From Longimicrobiales bacterium (GTDB lineage Bacteria > Gemmatimonadota > Gemmatimonadetes > Longimicrobiales > Gaopeijiaceae), in the NCBI GenBank assembly GCA_965249725.1, contig CBDFMQ010000001.1, positions 32,001 to 96,000 on the forward strand: a stretch of 64,000 bases of DNA, given 5' to 3'. A program made the position numbers and the translations under genes. A model generated the notes under the pieces. It was given only the letters and a program-made list of their open reading frames with translations, searched no databases and was not told the DNA's origin. Shown here piece by piece: positions 30,846-39,982 of the stretch (position 1 is the first letter of the stretch; every line of letters starts with the position of its first letter).

Positions 30846-31046
30846 TCATCGCCGACCTCTCTCTGGCTTCTCCTCACCCGCCAGCACCCGCTCCTCCAGC
30901 GGACTAGCCAAACGCTCGGCCTCTGCTAGTTTGGCCACGCCATCGGCGAACTCCAGGAAGTCCTCGGTGCTGATCTCGAAACTCAATCTCCGCTCGTCGG
31001 CCCGGTTGAAACCCCGGTAGGCCGTCACGAAGTAGCCCTCGCCCAT
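30846..31046 (-). CDS. Hypothetical phage protein
   Basis: Short ORF in the early operon; start uncertain. Confidence 0.4.
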   Translation of the reverse strand: MGEGYFVTAYRGFNRADERRLSFEISTEDFLEFADGVAKLAEAERLASPLEERVLAGEEKPERGRR

Positions 31047-31107
31047 GCGACTGACGTTGAGGCCGACAGAGAGCCGAGCGAGGGCGGACAGCGAAACGGA
31101 GGTAGGC

Positions 31108-31395
31108 ATGTCAACGCTAGAAAGCATTCTGAGTCTCCTGGACAAGTGGCCTGCGTGGAAGCGGATCAGGAGTTCCCCAGAGCGGCTGGACGATCTCGAA
31201 AAACGTGTCAACGAACTGGCCGAACGGTTGAATCGCGCACCCGGCGACGCGTGCCCGTTCTGTGGGGCCCTGGAATACCGCGTAAAGACATCCGCGCCCA
31301 TCGCCGGCCATCTCGGGAGGTTGGGCGTCATCCGGCGTAAGATGCTCTGCGGAGAATGCGGGAAGGGCGAGACCAAGACCGTTACCCCGGAGTAG
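31108..31395 (+). CDS. Counter-oriented coiled-coil plus zinc-ribbon protein
   Basis: GGAGG RBS; CPFC...CGEC. Confidence 0.65.
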   Translation: MSTLESILSLLDKWPAWKRIRSSPERLDDLEKRVNELAERLNRAPGDACPFCGALEYRVKTSAPIAGHLGRLGVIRRKMLCGECGKGETKTVTPE

Positions 31396-31468
31396 GGGGG
31401 TCACGAGATGGCCTCGGTGGGGGCCTCGCTGGGCTCTTCACCTCCCGCCATCACCCGCTCGCGGGCCA

Positions 31469-31930
31469 TCAGCCTCTCACCTCGTCTTCGGTGATGCCCC
31501 TCGCAGCGAATTCACGCTCGATCGCTGCTTTCTCCGCGTTGATCGCCGAGTCGCGCTCGCTCGCCCGCGCCCTGTTCAGCCAGCAAGCCCCCACGCTCAC
31601 ATCGAGCGTCCGGTCGTCGCTCTCTACCTGCGGCTCTGTTTGCAGCGTTTCGTGATAGAGCGCGATGAGATCGGCCTTCGTAAGACCTTTGATGTCCATT
31701 TGGATCATCCGGGACTCGAAGTGGGCTTGGACGCGGAAACGATCCGGCGCGCCCTCGAAGTACTTCACGAAAGCATTGACGAGACCGCCGTTTCTCTTGT
31801 ACCGATTGGCGCTGTACCGAGTGATCCCGAGCACCAGCGCGCACTTCTTGTCGTTCGGGTAGGTATCCGCGTGCGCATGCCCGCTGCTCGCTTCCATCAC
31901 GGCGCGACGCCTCGGGTCCTTGAGAGACAT
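31469..31930 (-). CDS. Phage early regulatory protein (cII position)
   Basis: Downstream of cro; HTH-like segment. Confidence 0.5.
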   Translation of the reverse strand: MSLKDPRRRAVMEASSGHAHADTYPNDKKCALVLGITRYSANRYKRNGGLVNAFVKYFEGAPDRFRVQAHFESRMIQMDIKGLTKADLIALYHETLQTEPQVESDDRTLDVSVGACWLNRARASERDSAINAEKAAIEREFAARGITEDEVRG

Positions 31931-32082
31931 GTTCACATCCCCCCGTTTGTAACGTGATTTGTCGGCGTGCAGGACCCACCGTTCGGGATGGTCGAACACG
32001 TATCGACAATCGTGAGCCGGGTCATGGACGAGATCATGTCAGGCTGCGCCTTCGTCCGTGGCGAAGAGTCCGAGTTGGTGCA

Positions 32083-32331
32083 TCACCCCGCCGCCTCCGT
32101 CTCGGCCAACACCCGCTCCCGAGCCTCGTCAGCCGCCTTCTCGGCGGCCTCGAGCTTGTCCAGCGTCGCGTTGAGCCGAGCCTCGAAGTCCTCGGGGGGC
32201 TTACGGAGTCCGCGCAGGTAGCGGCTGAAAAGGGAGCGGTCGATCCCCATCTCCAGGGCTACGCGCTCCTGGGGAATGCCGAGAAGGGCTAGGCGAACTC
32301 TGATCTTCTGTGAACTGGTTTCAATATCCAC
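32083..32331 (-). CDS. Cro-like XRE HTH
   Basis: QERVALEMGIDRSLFSRYLRG; divergent from cI. Confidence 0.8.
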   Translation of the reverse strand: MDIETSSQKIRVRLALLGIPQERVALEMGIDRSLFSRYLRGLRKPPEDFEARLNATLDKLEAAEKAADEARERVLAETEAAG

Positions 32332-32394
32332 AGAGAGGAGCTATGTGTACTCAGTTCAAGTGTCAACCCTTATGGTGCCCTATACTTTTAGGTC
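32332..32394. promoter_or_regulatory. Divergent cro/cI promoter region
   Basis: Minus-strand TTGACA (32361-32366)-17-TAGCTC; plus-strand TATACT near 32382. Confidence 0.6.
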
Positions 32395-33183
32395 ATGCTT
32401 GGCACACGGTTAGCGAAATTGCGGAAGCGGGCCGGGTTGTCCCAACACCGGCTAGCGATGGAACTCGGCGAGAGATACGATCACTCGGTCATATCCCACG
32501 TCGAGCATGGCCGCTCCAACCTCTTGTTCGATGGCGTGGTCCGGGCCGCCCGTGTCCTCGGCACCTCGGTCGACTACCTGGCTGGCCTAACCGATGACCC
32601 AGCCCCGGTGGACGACCGGGTGGAGGAGGAGAGGCGGAGCCGTGCGAAGCTGGAAGCCGCGCTACGGAGCGCCGAGGAGGAGCGCGACCGCCTGCGGGTG
32701 CAGGCCGCCGCTACGGCCGAGCTCCCGGACCCCGACGTGTCCCCGATCCAGTCAGCGCCGGGATGGCATGACGAAGACTATGAGTCTGTCAGACGCTACG
32801 AGTCCGAGGATGTAGCGCTCGCGGCGGGAACCGGAACGTTCGCTGACCAAGAACCCGTCGCAGGTGAGGTCAAATTCCGCACAAGCTGGCTGCGCAAGCG
32901 AAGGCTGAGGGCCAAGGGCCTCTTCCTGGTCGATGTATCAGGCGATAGTATGGAGCCCACGATCTTCGACGGAGACGCGGCGCTTGTCGATGAGACCCAC
33001 AGATCACCACGCAGCGGTAAGATCTACGCACTTCAGGCGGGAGACGGTCCACTGGTCAAGCGTGTTCGCAAACGCGACCACCGCTGGTGGGCCGACAGCG
33101 ACAACGAAGAGTACGAGCCGCAGCCGCTCGACGATCGAGCCCGAATCATGGGCCGCGTCGTCTGGTGGGCGCACACGGACTGA
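32395..33183 (+). CDS. CI-like repressor (XRE HTH + S24 peptidase)
   Basis: N-terminal HTH; AAG cleavage site, GDSMEP, VKR. Confidence 0.92.
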   Translation: MLGTRLAKLRKRAGLSQHRLAMELGERYDHSVISHVEHGRSNLLFDGVVRAARVLGTSVDYLAGLTDDPAPVDDRVEEERRSRAKLEAALRSAEEERDRLRVQAAATAELPDPDVSPIQSAPGWHDEDYESVRRYESEDVALAAGTGTFADQEPVAGEVKFRTSWLRKRRLRAKGLFLVDVSGDSMEPTIFDGDAALVDETHRSPRSGKIYALQAGDGPLVKRVRKRDHRWWADSDNEEYEPQPLDDRARIMGRVVWWAHTD

Positions 33184-33194
33184 GGGGTGAGGTG

Positions 33195-33647
33195 ATGAAT
33201 GCACGAGAGGAGCAGGAGCCGAGGATGCCGATCTGGAAGGTCCTGGCAATCATGGCCGTGGTCATGGCTGTCGCACCCCCCCTCCTTACTGTGGTGGCGT
33301 CACTCCCTGAGTCCGCATCGAGCGGTCCGTCCTCGCTATCAAGCGAAGCGGCCCCTACCGCTGTTACGTCGGAGTCACCTTCCACAGATGCAGACCGCTT
33401 GCTTCAGGCTGACATCGGCGTCTGGCGGCAGGCTACGAGCACGGACCAAATGTTGGCGGCAGCTGCCCTCGCTTATGGGGTGCTGGAATCTCGTGGGGAG
33501 TTAGAAGCCGTCGGAGGCGCGGACGGCCTCCGTCCATACGCTGATGACCTCGTGTACTGTATCGACGGAGTGGGTGACGTAGAGCAGGAAGTACGTGAGA
33601 TCGCCGCGCTCTGCATCGGTATGCTGGGTGATGCATGGGGTATGTGA
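33195..33647 (+). CDS. Membrane-anchored exported protein co-transcribed with cI
   Basis: N-terminal TM, Ser-rich linker, two Cys. Confidence 0.6.
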   Translation: MNAREEQEPRMPIWKVLAIMAVVMAVAPPLLTVVASLPESASSGPSSLSSEAAPTAVTSESPSTDADRLLQADIGVWRQATSTDQMLAAAALAYGVLESRGELEAVGGADGLRPYADDLVYCIDGVGDVEQEVREIAALCIGMLGDAWGM

Positions 33648-33714
33648 AGGGTTGAGGCTGTAGGTGTTCCGCGCACGCGTTGGAGGGGGTGAGTGTTGGA
33701 AAACAGATCCCGAG

Positions 33715-33901
33715 AAGGACCTTAAGGACCTTCATGTCGAAGACACCGGCACCCGCGCCCTTGGTGTTGGACAGGTTGCCCTGCTCCATCCCGGACCACC
33801 GCCGTCGCCACCTTGGCTGCGGCCTGAGAGCTCAGTCGATTGAACCATTTGGCGAAGGGGCTGTGGCCTTCGGTATCGAGGTATTCCCTGATCTCAATCA
33901 C
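33715..33901 (-). pseudogene. RelE/HigB-like toxin remnant
   Basis: IREYLDTEGHSPFAKWF...VVR, extra G at 33790, MEQGNLSNTKGAGAGVF, then truncated. Confidence 0.75.
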
Positions 33902-33910
33902 CAAGTACAA

Positions 33911-33944
33911 GGTAACTCGTACGTTACCATATGTTCGAGTTACC
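33911..33944. promoter_or_regulatory. Inverted repeat GGTAACTCG...CGAGTTACC, likely TA operator
   Basis: 9-bp perfect arms just upstream of the toxin remnant. Confidence 0.55.
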
Positions 33945-34092
33945 GAGACAAACACGGACACCCGCAGGAAAGCCGAATGTGGTGCCGAGCCTTGACGTGA
34001 GGCAACGCTCGCCGGATAGTGGGTGTATCTACTGAGCGGGATTAGTTGTTCCTTGTGGGAGGGGTCCCCATGCTTCGGCAAGAAAGAACGCC

Positions 34093-34308
34093 ATGAGTTC
34101 TGACTTCCTATTTGTCGTACCGTCGTTTGCAGGCGGCTTGGGGGCTGTTCTGGATCTAGGCGGGACAGCCGAAGCGGGGAATTACAACATCTCCCTAACG
34201 CCCAAAGAGGCAGACCTAAGAGCGCTCGCTGCCGATTGGTTGATAGTCGGAGGAGACATCCATGAGGCGATCTATGAGGCCAAGGCTGATGAGGTGGCTC
34301 CAGAGTAG
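34093..34308 (+). CDS. Small acidic protein preceding a DUF2335-like gene
   Basis: SDFLF..PSF..G...LDLGG...AD..AL..DW..VG.DI. Confidence 0.7.
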   Translation: MSSDFLFVVPSFAGGLGAVLDLGGTAEAGNYNISLTPKEADLRALAADWLIVGGDIHEAIYEAKADEVAPE

Positions 34309-34779
34309 ATGAGCAGCAAGAAGAACCGGCAACGCCGCAAGGAAGTTCAGCGTGCCGAAGCCCGTCAGCAGGATCAAATCCAAGCGCAGATCGTTGCCTC
34401 GCAGCTCTCCTATTGGTCAGGGCCCACCCCGTCTCCCGAAGTTCTCAGAGAGTACGACACGATTGTGCCAGGTGCCGCTGAGCGAATTATCGCTATGGCG
34501 GAGAGGCAATCCGCACATCGGCAGAATCTCGAAAACAAAGCGGTAGACGGTGGCAACTTTCGTGCAATCCTGGGATCGGTGTTTGGGTTCGTCATAGGCA
34601 TGGCGGCCGTGGGCGGTGGGATTTACCTGGCTGTCAATGGACAGGAAACAGGTGGGTATGCGGTTATGCTCGCTACCGTCAGCACCCTCGCTGCCGTGTT
34701 CGTGTACGGAAGGCGGTCTGCAAGACGGGAGTTGGCGAACAAGTCCCCCGGCCAACAGGTCGGACGCATTAGCCCCTGA
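34309..34779 (+). CDS. DUF2335-like 2-TM membrane protein
   Basis: SGP.PSPEVL.EY..IVPGAAERII.MAE.Q..HR plus two TMs. Confidence 0.85.
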   Translation: MSSKKNRQRRKEVQRAEARQQDQIQAQIVASQLSYWSGPTPSPEVLREYDTIVPGAAERIIAMAERQSAHRQNLENKAVDGGNFRAILGSVFGFVIGMAAVGGGIYLAVNGQETGGYAVMLATVSTLAAVFVYGRRSARRELANKSPGQQVGRISP

Positions 34780-35097
34780 TCAGGCGATCGCTTCCAGTCC
34801 TTTTTCCCGAACCAGCACCAGAAGTTTGAGAGAGGCACCGGAAGGATGCTTCTTGCCGCGTTCCCATTGGCTGATAAGGCCGGTAGAAACATTCAGATGC
34901 AGAGCAAAGACGGCCTGACTCACGCGCTCGCGTTCACGGAGTGCGAGAATCTCATCGGGTAGCATCGGACGCACCGGCGTCAGGCAGAGGCCGTCGAACC
35001 TGCGTAGCGTCTGCTTGTCCATAAGGCCAGCGTCATGCAGATCGGACGCAGTCTCGTGGATCGCCCCCAAGGCGTCACTTCGATATGTCTTACTCAT
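34780..35097 (-). CDS. Orphan HigA-2-like XRE antitoxin
   Basis: AIHETASDLH..G, SQAVFA..LNVS...SQWERG.K.PSG. Confidence 0.85.
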   Translation of the reverse strand: MSKTYRSDALGAIHETASDLHDAGLMDKQTLRRFDGLCLTPVRPMLPDEILALRERERVSQAVFALHLNVSTGLISQWERGKKHPSGASLKLLVLVREKGLEAIA

Positions 35098-35122
35098 CGC
35101 ACTTTCGGTAACCGATTCCAAT

Positions 35123-35437
35123 TCACACCGTCGGCTGAATCGGCGCGATCTTCTCCAAAGCCCTCTTTGTCTTCTTGTCCCGCTGGGCACCCCATAGGTC
35201 GTAGGCGCGCTGCAAGTTAAGCCAGAATTCCGGTTCGATGTCGAACAGCCGTCCCAGGCGCAGCGCAGTGTCGGTCGTCACCCCGCGCTTCCCGTTGACG
35301 AGTTCGTTCACACGCACATAGGACATGCCCACGGCGTTGGCCAGCGCTTTTTGGGGCATTCCCAGCGGCTCAAGGAACTCCGTCAGAAGGATTTGCCCCG
35401 GGTGTGTCGGTTTCCGCGCTTTCGGTAGCCTAACCAT
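35123..35437 (-). CDS. higA: HigA (VapI) antitoxin
   Basis: PTHPGQIL..EFL, TALRL..F..WLNLQ. Confidence 0.92.
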   Translation of the reverse strand: MVRLPKARKPTHPGQILLTEFLEPLGMPQKALANAVGMSYVRVNELVNGKRGVTTDTALRLGRLFDIEPEFWLNLQRAYDLWGAQRDKKTKRALEKIAPIQPTV

Positions 35438-35466
35438 CTTGGAACTCCCGTCGCTGTTGGTGGTCC

Positions 35467-35760
35467 TCAGTGGTAATCGGTGATCTCAACGTCCGCCGGA
35501 CCCTCTGCGGTCCAGCGGAAGCAGATCCTGTACTGGTCATTGATCCTGATGCTGTGCTGTCCCCGGCGGTCGCCTTCCAGCTTCTCCAGCCGGTTTGCCG
35601 GAACCTTGCCGACACTTCTCAAGGACACCGATGCGTTCAAGACCTCCATCTTCTTTGTGGCGTTCGAGTGTAGCTGCTGCGGCAGGAGCCGCCGCGTAGC
35701 CTTCGTATCTTCGCCGTCGAATATGGATTGTGTGCTCTTACATTTAAACGATACGATCAT
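35467..35760 (-). CDS. higB: HigB toxin (plasmid maintenance killer type)
   Basis: MIVSF, NRLEKL.GDR.GQHSIRINDQYRICF.W, DYH. Confidence 0.92.
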   Translation of the reverse strand: MIVSFKCKSTQSIFDGEDTKATRRLLPQQLHSNATKKMEVLNASVSLRSVGKVPANRLEKLEGDRRGQHSIRINDQYRICFRWTAEGPADVEITDYH

Positions 35761-35764
35761 TGTG

Positions 35765-35798
35765 CATTATATATAACGCATAACGTTGATCGTGTCAA
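35765..35798 (-). promoter_or_regulatory. sigma70 promoter of higBA
   Basis: TTGACA-17-TATATA/TATAAT. Confidence 0.7.
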
Positions 35799-35868
35799 TA
35801 GAAACCGCCACAAAGCGAGCGAAGTTGAGTCGCCAGCTAGAGATGGGGGGGGTACTGCCTCTAGGGCC

Positions 35869-36777
35869 TCAGACGTTGCAGCCGCCGGCCGGGCCCTGTG
35901 CTCCCGTATCGCCTTTCAGTCCAGGCGCCCCAGTATCGCCCTTCGTACCCGTATCACCTTTGGGGCCGACGATTCCCACGCCCGGTGGGCCGTCATCCCC
36001 GGTATCGCCCTGGGACCCCGTGTCGCCTTTGGAGCCTGTCGGTCCGCGCGGCCCGGGGTTCCCCTGGGGGCCGGGCATGGAGGTGACCAGATCGAGCGCG
36101 GCCTGTAGGCCAGCTGGCGTGACGGCCCGCCCGGCGTCGGTGCCCGTGGTGGTCTCGTCGTTCGTTGCGAGTTCGACGATCCCGCGCGCTTCGGCGGACG
36201 CTGCTGGCGGGCTGTAGCCGACCGGTAAGTAGTCGGCGTCGTGGTTGTGGTTGAGTAGCGGGTATCGATCATCGTGGTTGTGGCCGATCAGGGCGTAGCG
36301 CGCGTCGCCGGCGGCTCTCGCCCCAGCTGGCGTGACGGCCCGCTCGGTGTCGGCGCCTCTTGTGGTCTCGTCGTTCGTCGCGAGTTCGACGATCCCACGC
36401 ACTTCGGTGGACGCCTGCATGAGCAGGGGTTTCCAGTAGGTCCGCGCGGCATCTGTCGCCGGATCTTGGCTTGCGGTCGCTACGTCGGCGGACACCGAAG
36501 CGTATATCTGGCTGTCGGAGCCGACGACGAACGCGGGGTGCTCGTAGGTGATGGAGGTGTCCCAGATGAGCAGCCCGTGTTCGTTGATCTCGACGAGCGC
36601 GGCTGTGATCTCGCGCACGATCTGGTTGAACACTTCGAGCTTGGGCACGTCGCCCATGGCCGCCGAGTAGCTATCCGGCCAGCCTTCGGAGCGTACCAGC
36701 CCCTGGGACTCGGGCGTAGCCACGCGCCCCGAGGCCGCCCACTTCCTGATCCTTAGCGCATCGCTGTCACGTGCCAT
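35869..36777 (-). CDS. Tail fibre protein 2 with collagen (GXY) C-terminus
   Basis: Two GIVELATNDETT..RAVTPAG repeats, HxHD motifs, GXY run. Confidence 0.8.
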   Translation of the reverse strand: MARDSDALRIRKWAASGRVATPESQGLVRSEGWPDSYSAAMGDVPKLEVFNQIVREITAALVEINEHGLLIWDTSITYEHPAFVVGSDSQIYASVSADVATASQDPATDAARTYWKPLLMQASTEVRGIVELATNDETTRGADTERAVTPAGARAAGDARYALIGHNHDDRYPLLNHNHDADYLPVGYSPPAASAEARGIVELATNDETTTGTDAGRAVTPAGLQAALDLVTSMPGPQGNPGPRGPTGSKGDTGSQGDTGDDGPPGVGIVGPKGDTGTKGDTGAPGLKGDTGAQGPAGGCNV

Positions 36778-36795
36778 CTTCTAAGCCTAACCCCC

Positions 36796-37947
36796 TCATG
36801 TCAGGTCGATGTAGGGTATGACCGGGAAGTTTCCACTGGAGGTTCCGCTACCCCACGAGCCGCCCGATCTCGTATGACTGACGCTGAACGAACGCTCTTG
36901 GTAGTCGCGGAAAGGGCTGCCCGTGTCGTCGTCAACTTTAATTGCTTGGGTGAAGCTACCGGAGACGACGAATTTGTCGCCGTCACGGCCACCGCTGGGC
37001 GGCGTGAGGCTGTAGCTCGCAAAGCTGGTATTATCGGTGGTTCCCAAATGGCCGAGCTGACGGCGGTACTTCGTCTTTCCCACCGGTCCCGCATCGCCGG
37101 TCTCTCCCTTAGCGCCCGTGTCCCCGGTGGGTCCCTTGTCGCCGGTCGCACCCTTAGTCCCCACTTGCGACGGGCCGCCCGATCCCATGAGCCCGGTGAG
37201 ACCCCGATCTCCGACGGGTCCCTTCCGGCCCCGTCGCCCCTGTGGGCCGCGCGGTCCCTTGCCACTCACCTTATCGCCCACCGGCCCTGAAGCCGCGTGC
37301 GGAGTGACGGCGCGTTCGGTGTCCGTACCCGCGGCGACTTCCACAGCCGTCGCGAGTTCGACGCCGCCCACCACCGTAGTGCTCGCTACCGGAAGCGTAT
37401 GGGGGGAAGGTTCATATTGAGTGTCGTGGTCGTGGCCGGGCGCTGCATAGTCGGCGTCGTGTGTGTGGCCGAGCAGGCTGTGGCGCTGATCCCACAACGC
37501 CCTGAGCCCGGCGGCGGTGATGAGCAGCTGACCCGACGTGCCTGTAGTGGCTTCGCTGGCCGTCGCGAGTTCGGCGGCACCCCTCCGTGTGGTAGTCGAT
37601 GCGTGCACGAGCGGCGTCCAACTCTCGGGGCTCGCGGGTGGCGGACTGCCCTGGCTGGTCATACGCGAGAGGTACCAATCCACACCGCAGGCGACGACTG
37701 CCGGATGCACATAGACGACCCGGGAGTCCCACTCAAGCAGGCCGCCCCGGCCTACCTCGTCCAACATGGAGGTGATTTCGTGGAGCAGCTGCTGGACGAG
37801 ACCGCGCATGAACGTCTGCCCGGTCGGCAGCGCGAACCGAATGTCGAGACCGACATCGCGGCTCACGCCCACGTCTTCGGGCAACTCGCGCAGCCCTGCA
37901 CGGGCCCAAGGCTCGATCAGGAGCGCGTCGGCGTCACGGGGGCTCAT
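36796..37947 (-). CDS. Tail fibre protein 1 with collagen repeat and C-terminal globular domain
   Basis: Paralogous N-terminus, ELAT repeats, HTHD/HDHD, GXY run. Confidence 0.8.
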   Translation of the reverse strand: MSPRDADALLIEPWARAGLRELPEDVGVSRDVGLDIRFALPTGQTFMRGLVQQLLHEITSMLDEVGRGGLLEWDSRVVYVHPAVVACGVDWYLSRMTSQGSPPPASPESWTPLVHASTTTRRGAAELATASEATTGTSGQLLITAAGLRALWDQRHSLLGHTHDADYAAPGHDHDTQYEPSPHTLPVASTTVVGGVELATAVEVAAGTDTERAVTPHAASGPVGDKVSGKGPRGPQGRRGRKGPVGDRGLTGLMGSGGPSQVGTKGATGDKGPTGDTGAKGETGDAGPVGKTKYRRQLGHLGTTDNTSFASYSLTPPSGGRDGDKFVVSGSFTQAIKVDDDTGSPFRDYQERSFSVSHTRSGGSWGSGTSSGNFPVIPYIDLT

Positions 37948-38534
37948 GACATGGCCCTCGTCAGCGTGAGGCCCACCCCGGCGGGACGCGGGATGAGCTG
38001 CGCGGCGTGTTCGAGCGTTGCCGCCCAGACCGTGTTACGTGGCTCGACCGCTACGATCGATACCGAGAAATTGCCCTCCGTCACGGTGCCACCACCCGTG
38101 AACAGCAGATCAACGGCGCGCTGTATCTCCGCCGCCGTACCCGTTGAGCGCACGAACCATGCACGCGCTAGCAACATCCGCGCATAGGCCGAGTCCGCGA
38201 TCCCGACCGTAACGACGAGCTGAGGGTCGGTGGATTTGATCGGCCCCTGGTCATAGCCGACGTTCGAGTCGTCCGGCGTATCGAACCCGAAATACTTCTG
38301 GTCCAGGTTCTCGGTCTGCGGACGTATGAACCCGAGCCGGTCGCCGATGAAGTCCAGCCAGCGTCCTGGCGCGATGTTCGGGTCCAGGTAGGTAGCGACC
38401 CGGTTCAGCGGATCGACGATCTGGCCGTCGAGCAGCGTCGTCAGGTTCTCGATCCATGCGCGCAGCCTGGAGGACTCGCCGTACTGCTGGACGAGTGGAG
38501 GTCGCCAGTCGTCGAGCGCTAGGGGGGTAGCCAT
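37944..38534 (-). CDS. DUF2612-like baseplate wedge protein
   Basis: QY..S..L, G.WLD.IG...G, YFGF, PRPAGV. Confidence 0.8.
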   Translation of the reverse strand: MATPLALDDWRPPLVQQYGESSRLRAWIENLTTLLDGQIVDPLNRVATYLDPNIAPGRWLDFIGDRLGFIRPQTENLDQKYFGFDTPDDSNVGYDQGPIKSTDPQLVVTVGIADSAYARMLLARAWFVRSTGTAAEIQRAVDLLFTGGGTVTEGNFSVSIVAVEPRNTVWAATLEHAAQLIPRPAGVGLTLTRAMS

Positions 38535-39982
38535 CAGGTCACCGTCACGGAAAAGGCCAACGCCGAGGTGTCGCCATCGAGATCGGTCACCGTGTAGGTG
38601 AACTCGGTCTCCGCGAGCGCCTCGGTGGCGGAGCCGGAGATCGTGCGGGCGTCAGCATCGAAGTTGAGCCCCGCCGGCAGGTCCGGCGCGAGGCTGTAGG
38701 TGAGCGGCGCGTTGCCGTCGAGCGCTTCCGGCAGCGTAAGGCTCACGTCCGTGTTCTGGGCCCACGCCTGAGCCGTCACCTCGTCCGCGAAGCTGGGCAC
38801 GGCGGCCAGGTTCAGCACGACGTCCTCCGCCGCGATACTGAGCCGCTGGTTCAGCCCGATCGAGCCGGGCACATCCGCATCATCCGACTTGAGGGCGGCC
38901 CGGAAGTAGGTAACACGATGTCCCGGCACGGACGATATAGGCGACAGCACCCGCCGCTCGTCCAACGACTCGCCAATATCGAGCCCTCCGAGATCGAAGT
39001 CGCCCGCACCGCTCGACCATAGACCTTCCGCCCAGGCCACCACACGGCGCGGTACCAGTTCGAGCCCGTCAGCCGGGAACGTCTCGATGTCGATCGCGAT
39101 GATGAGCTCCAGGCGCACGGCGAGCACCTCGACCCGCTCGAACCGGTAGAGCGTCCCATCGACGGTGACCGACTGGGTGCCCGTCGTCGGGATGCCGGCC
39201 GGCTTGGTGTCGCGGATCGCCTGGCCGATGTCCGTGTCCGCGCCACCTTCCGCGATCACGAGCAGGGAGCGCGCTGGAATCGTCACGTCCTGAAGGGTTA
39301 CGGACTCCGCCGTCGCGTTGTCGTGCACCGCTGCGCGGCTCACGCCGTCCACCTGAAGCACACGCGCGGCGGTCGCCTCTAGGCCCGATCCGCTACGATG
39401 CGCCACTGTCGAGCGGTACCGCGCCCGGTAGTCGGCGTCGCTTTCGTCCGCACGCCCTAGCGCTGCATCCTCCGCGTTCGTCACGCCCGTCCACCCCGAG
39501 AAAATGTCCACGAGCCGGGTGAGCGTTCCCGCCCCGGCGACGATCGGTCCGGCCTCGGCGGAGCGCATGAGCGCCGCGACGGAGCCCGACGCCCCGATCA
39601 CCACGTCCGTGTCCACCCTGAAGATTGCGCCCTGGGTGGTCTCGGCCCGCGAGCCTGCCGGCACCACGGTTCCGGGCGCACCCGATAGCGTCGCCGTCAC
39701 CGTCGATCTCTCCCCGGTGATGCGTGGGATACCGAGCAGGCTCCCCCAGTCGTCCAGCTGGGAGCCCGCCGCCGTGTGGTGCGACATCCCGTTCGCCACG
39801 TTGACGAGCCCCTCGTCGATCTCGGCGAGCAGCAGTCCGAACAATCCCGCGAGTTGACCCTGCGGGGTCTCCGGTGCTAAGTCGAGGTCCGCGCCCAACG
39901 CATCGCGCAGCAGCGCCTCCAGCCGCTCGACGTAGCCCGCTAGGTCCCTGGGCGAGATGCCCGCTTGATCGACTACAGCCAT
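38534..39982 (-). CDS. Baseplate J-like protein with C-terminal Ig-like domain
   Basis: TPQGQL, A.G.QLD, G...ESD..YR.R; tail LPAGLNFD..RTISG. Confidence 0.85.
   Translation of the reverse strand: MAVVDQAGISPRDLAGYVERLEALLRDALGADLDLAPETPQGQLAGLFGLLLAEIDEGLVNVANGMSHHTAAGSQLDDWGSLLGIPRITGERSTVTATLSGAPGTVVPAGSRAETTQGAIFRVDTDVVIGASGSVAALMRSAEAGPIVAGAGTLTRLVDIFSGWTGVTNAEDAALGRADESDADYRARYRSTVAHRSGSGLEATAARVLQVDGVSRAAVHDNATAESVTLQDVTIPARSLLVIAEGGADTDIGQAIRDTKPAGIPTTGTQSVTVDGTLYRFERVEVLAVRLELIIAIDIETFPADGLELVPRRVVAWAEGLWSSGAGDFDLGGLDIGESLDERRVLSPISSVPGHRVTYFRAALKSDDADVPGSIGLNQRLSIAAEDVVLNLAAVPSFADEVTAQAWAQNTDVSLTLPEALDGNAPLTYSLAPDLPAGLNFDADARTISGSATEALAETEFTYTVTDLDGDTSALAFSVTVT

Noticed and set aside
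35786..37947. Tail fibre inversion or DGR tropism switch
   Set aside because: No invertase, reverse transcriptase or template/variable repeat pair seen.
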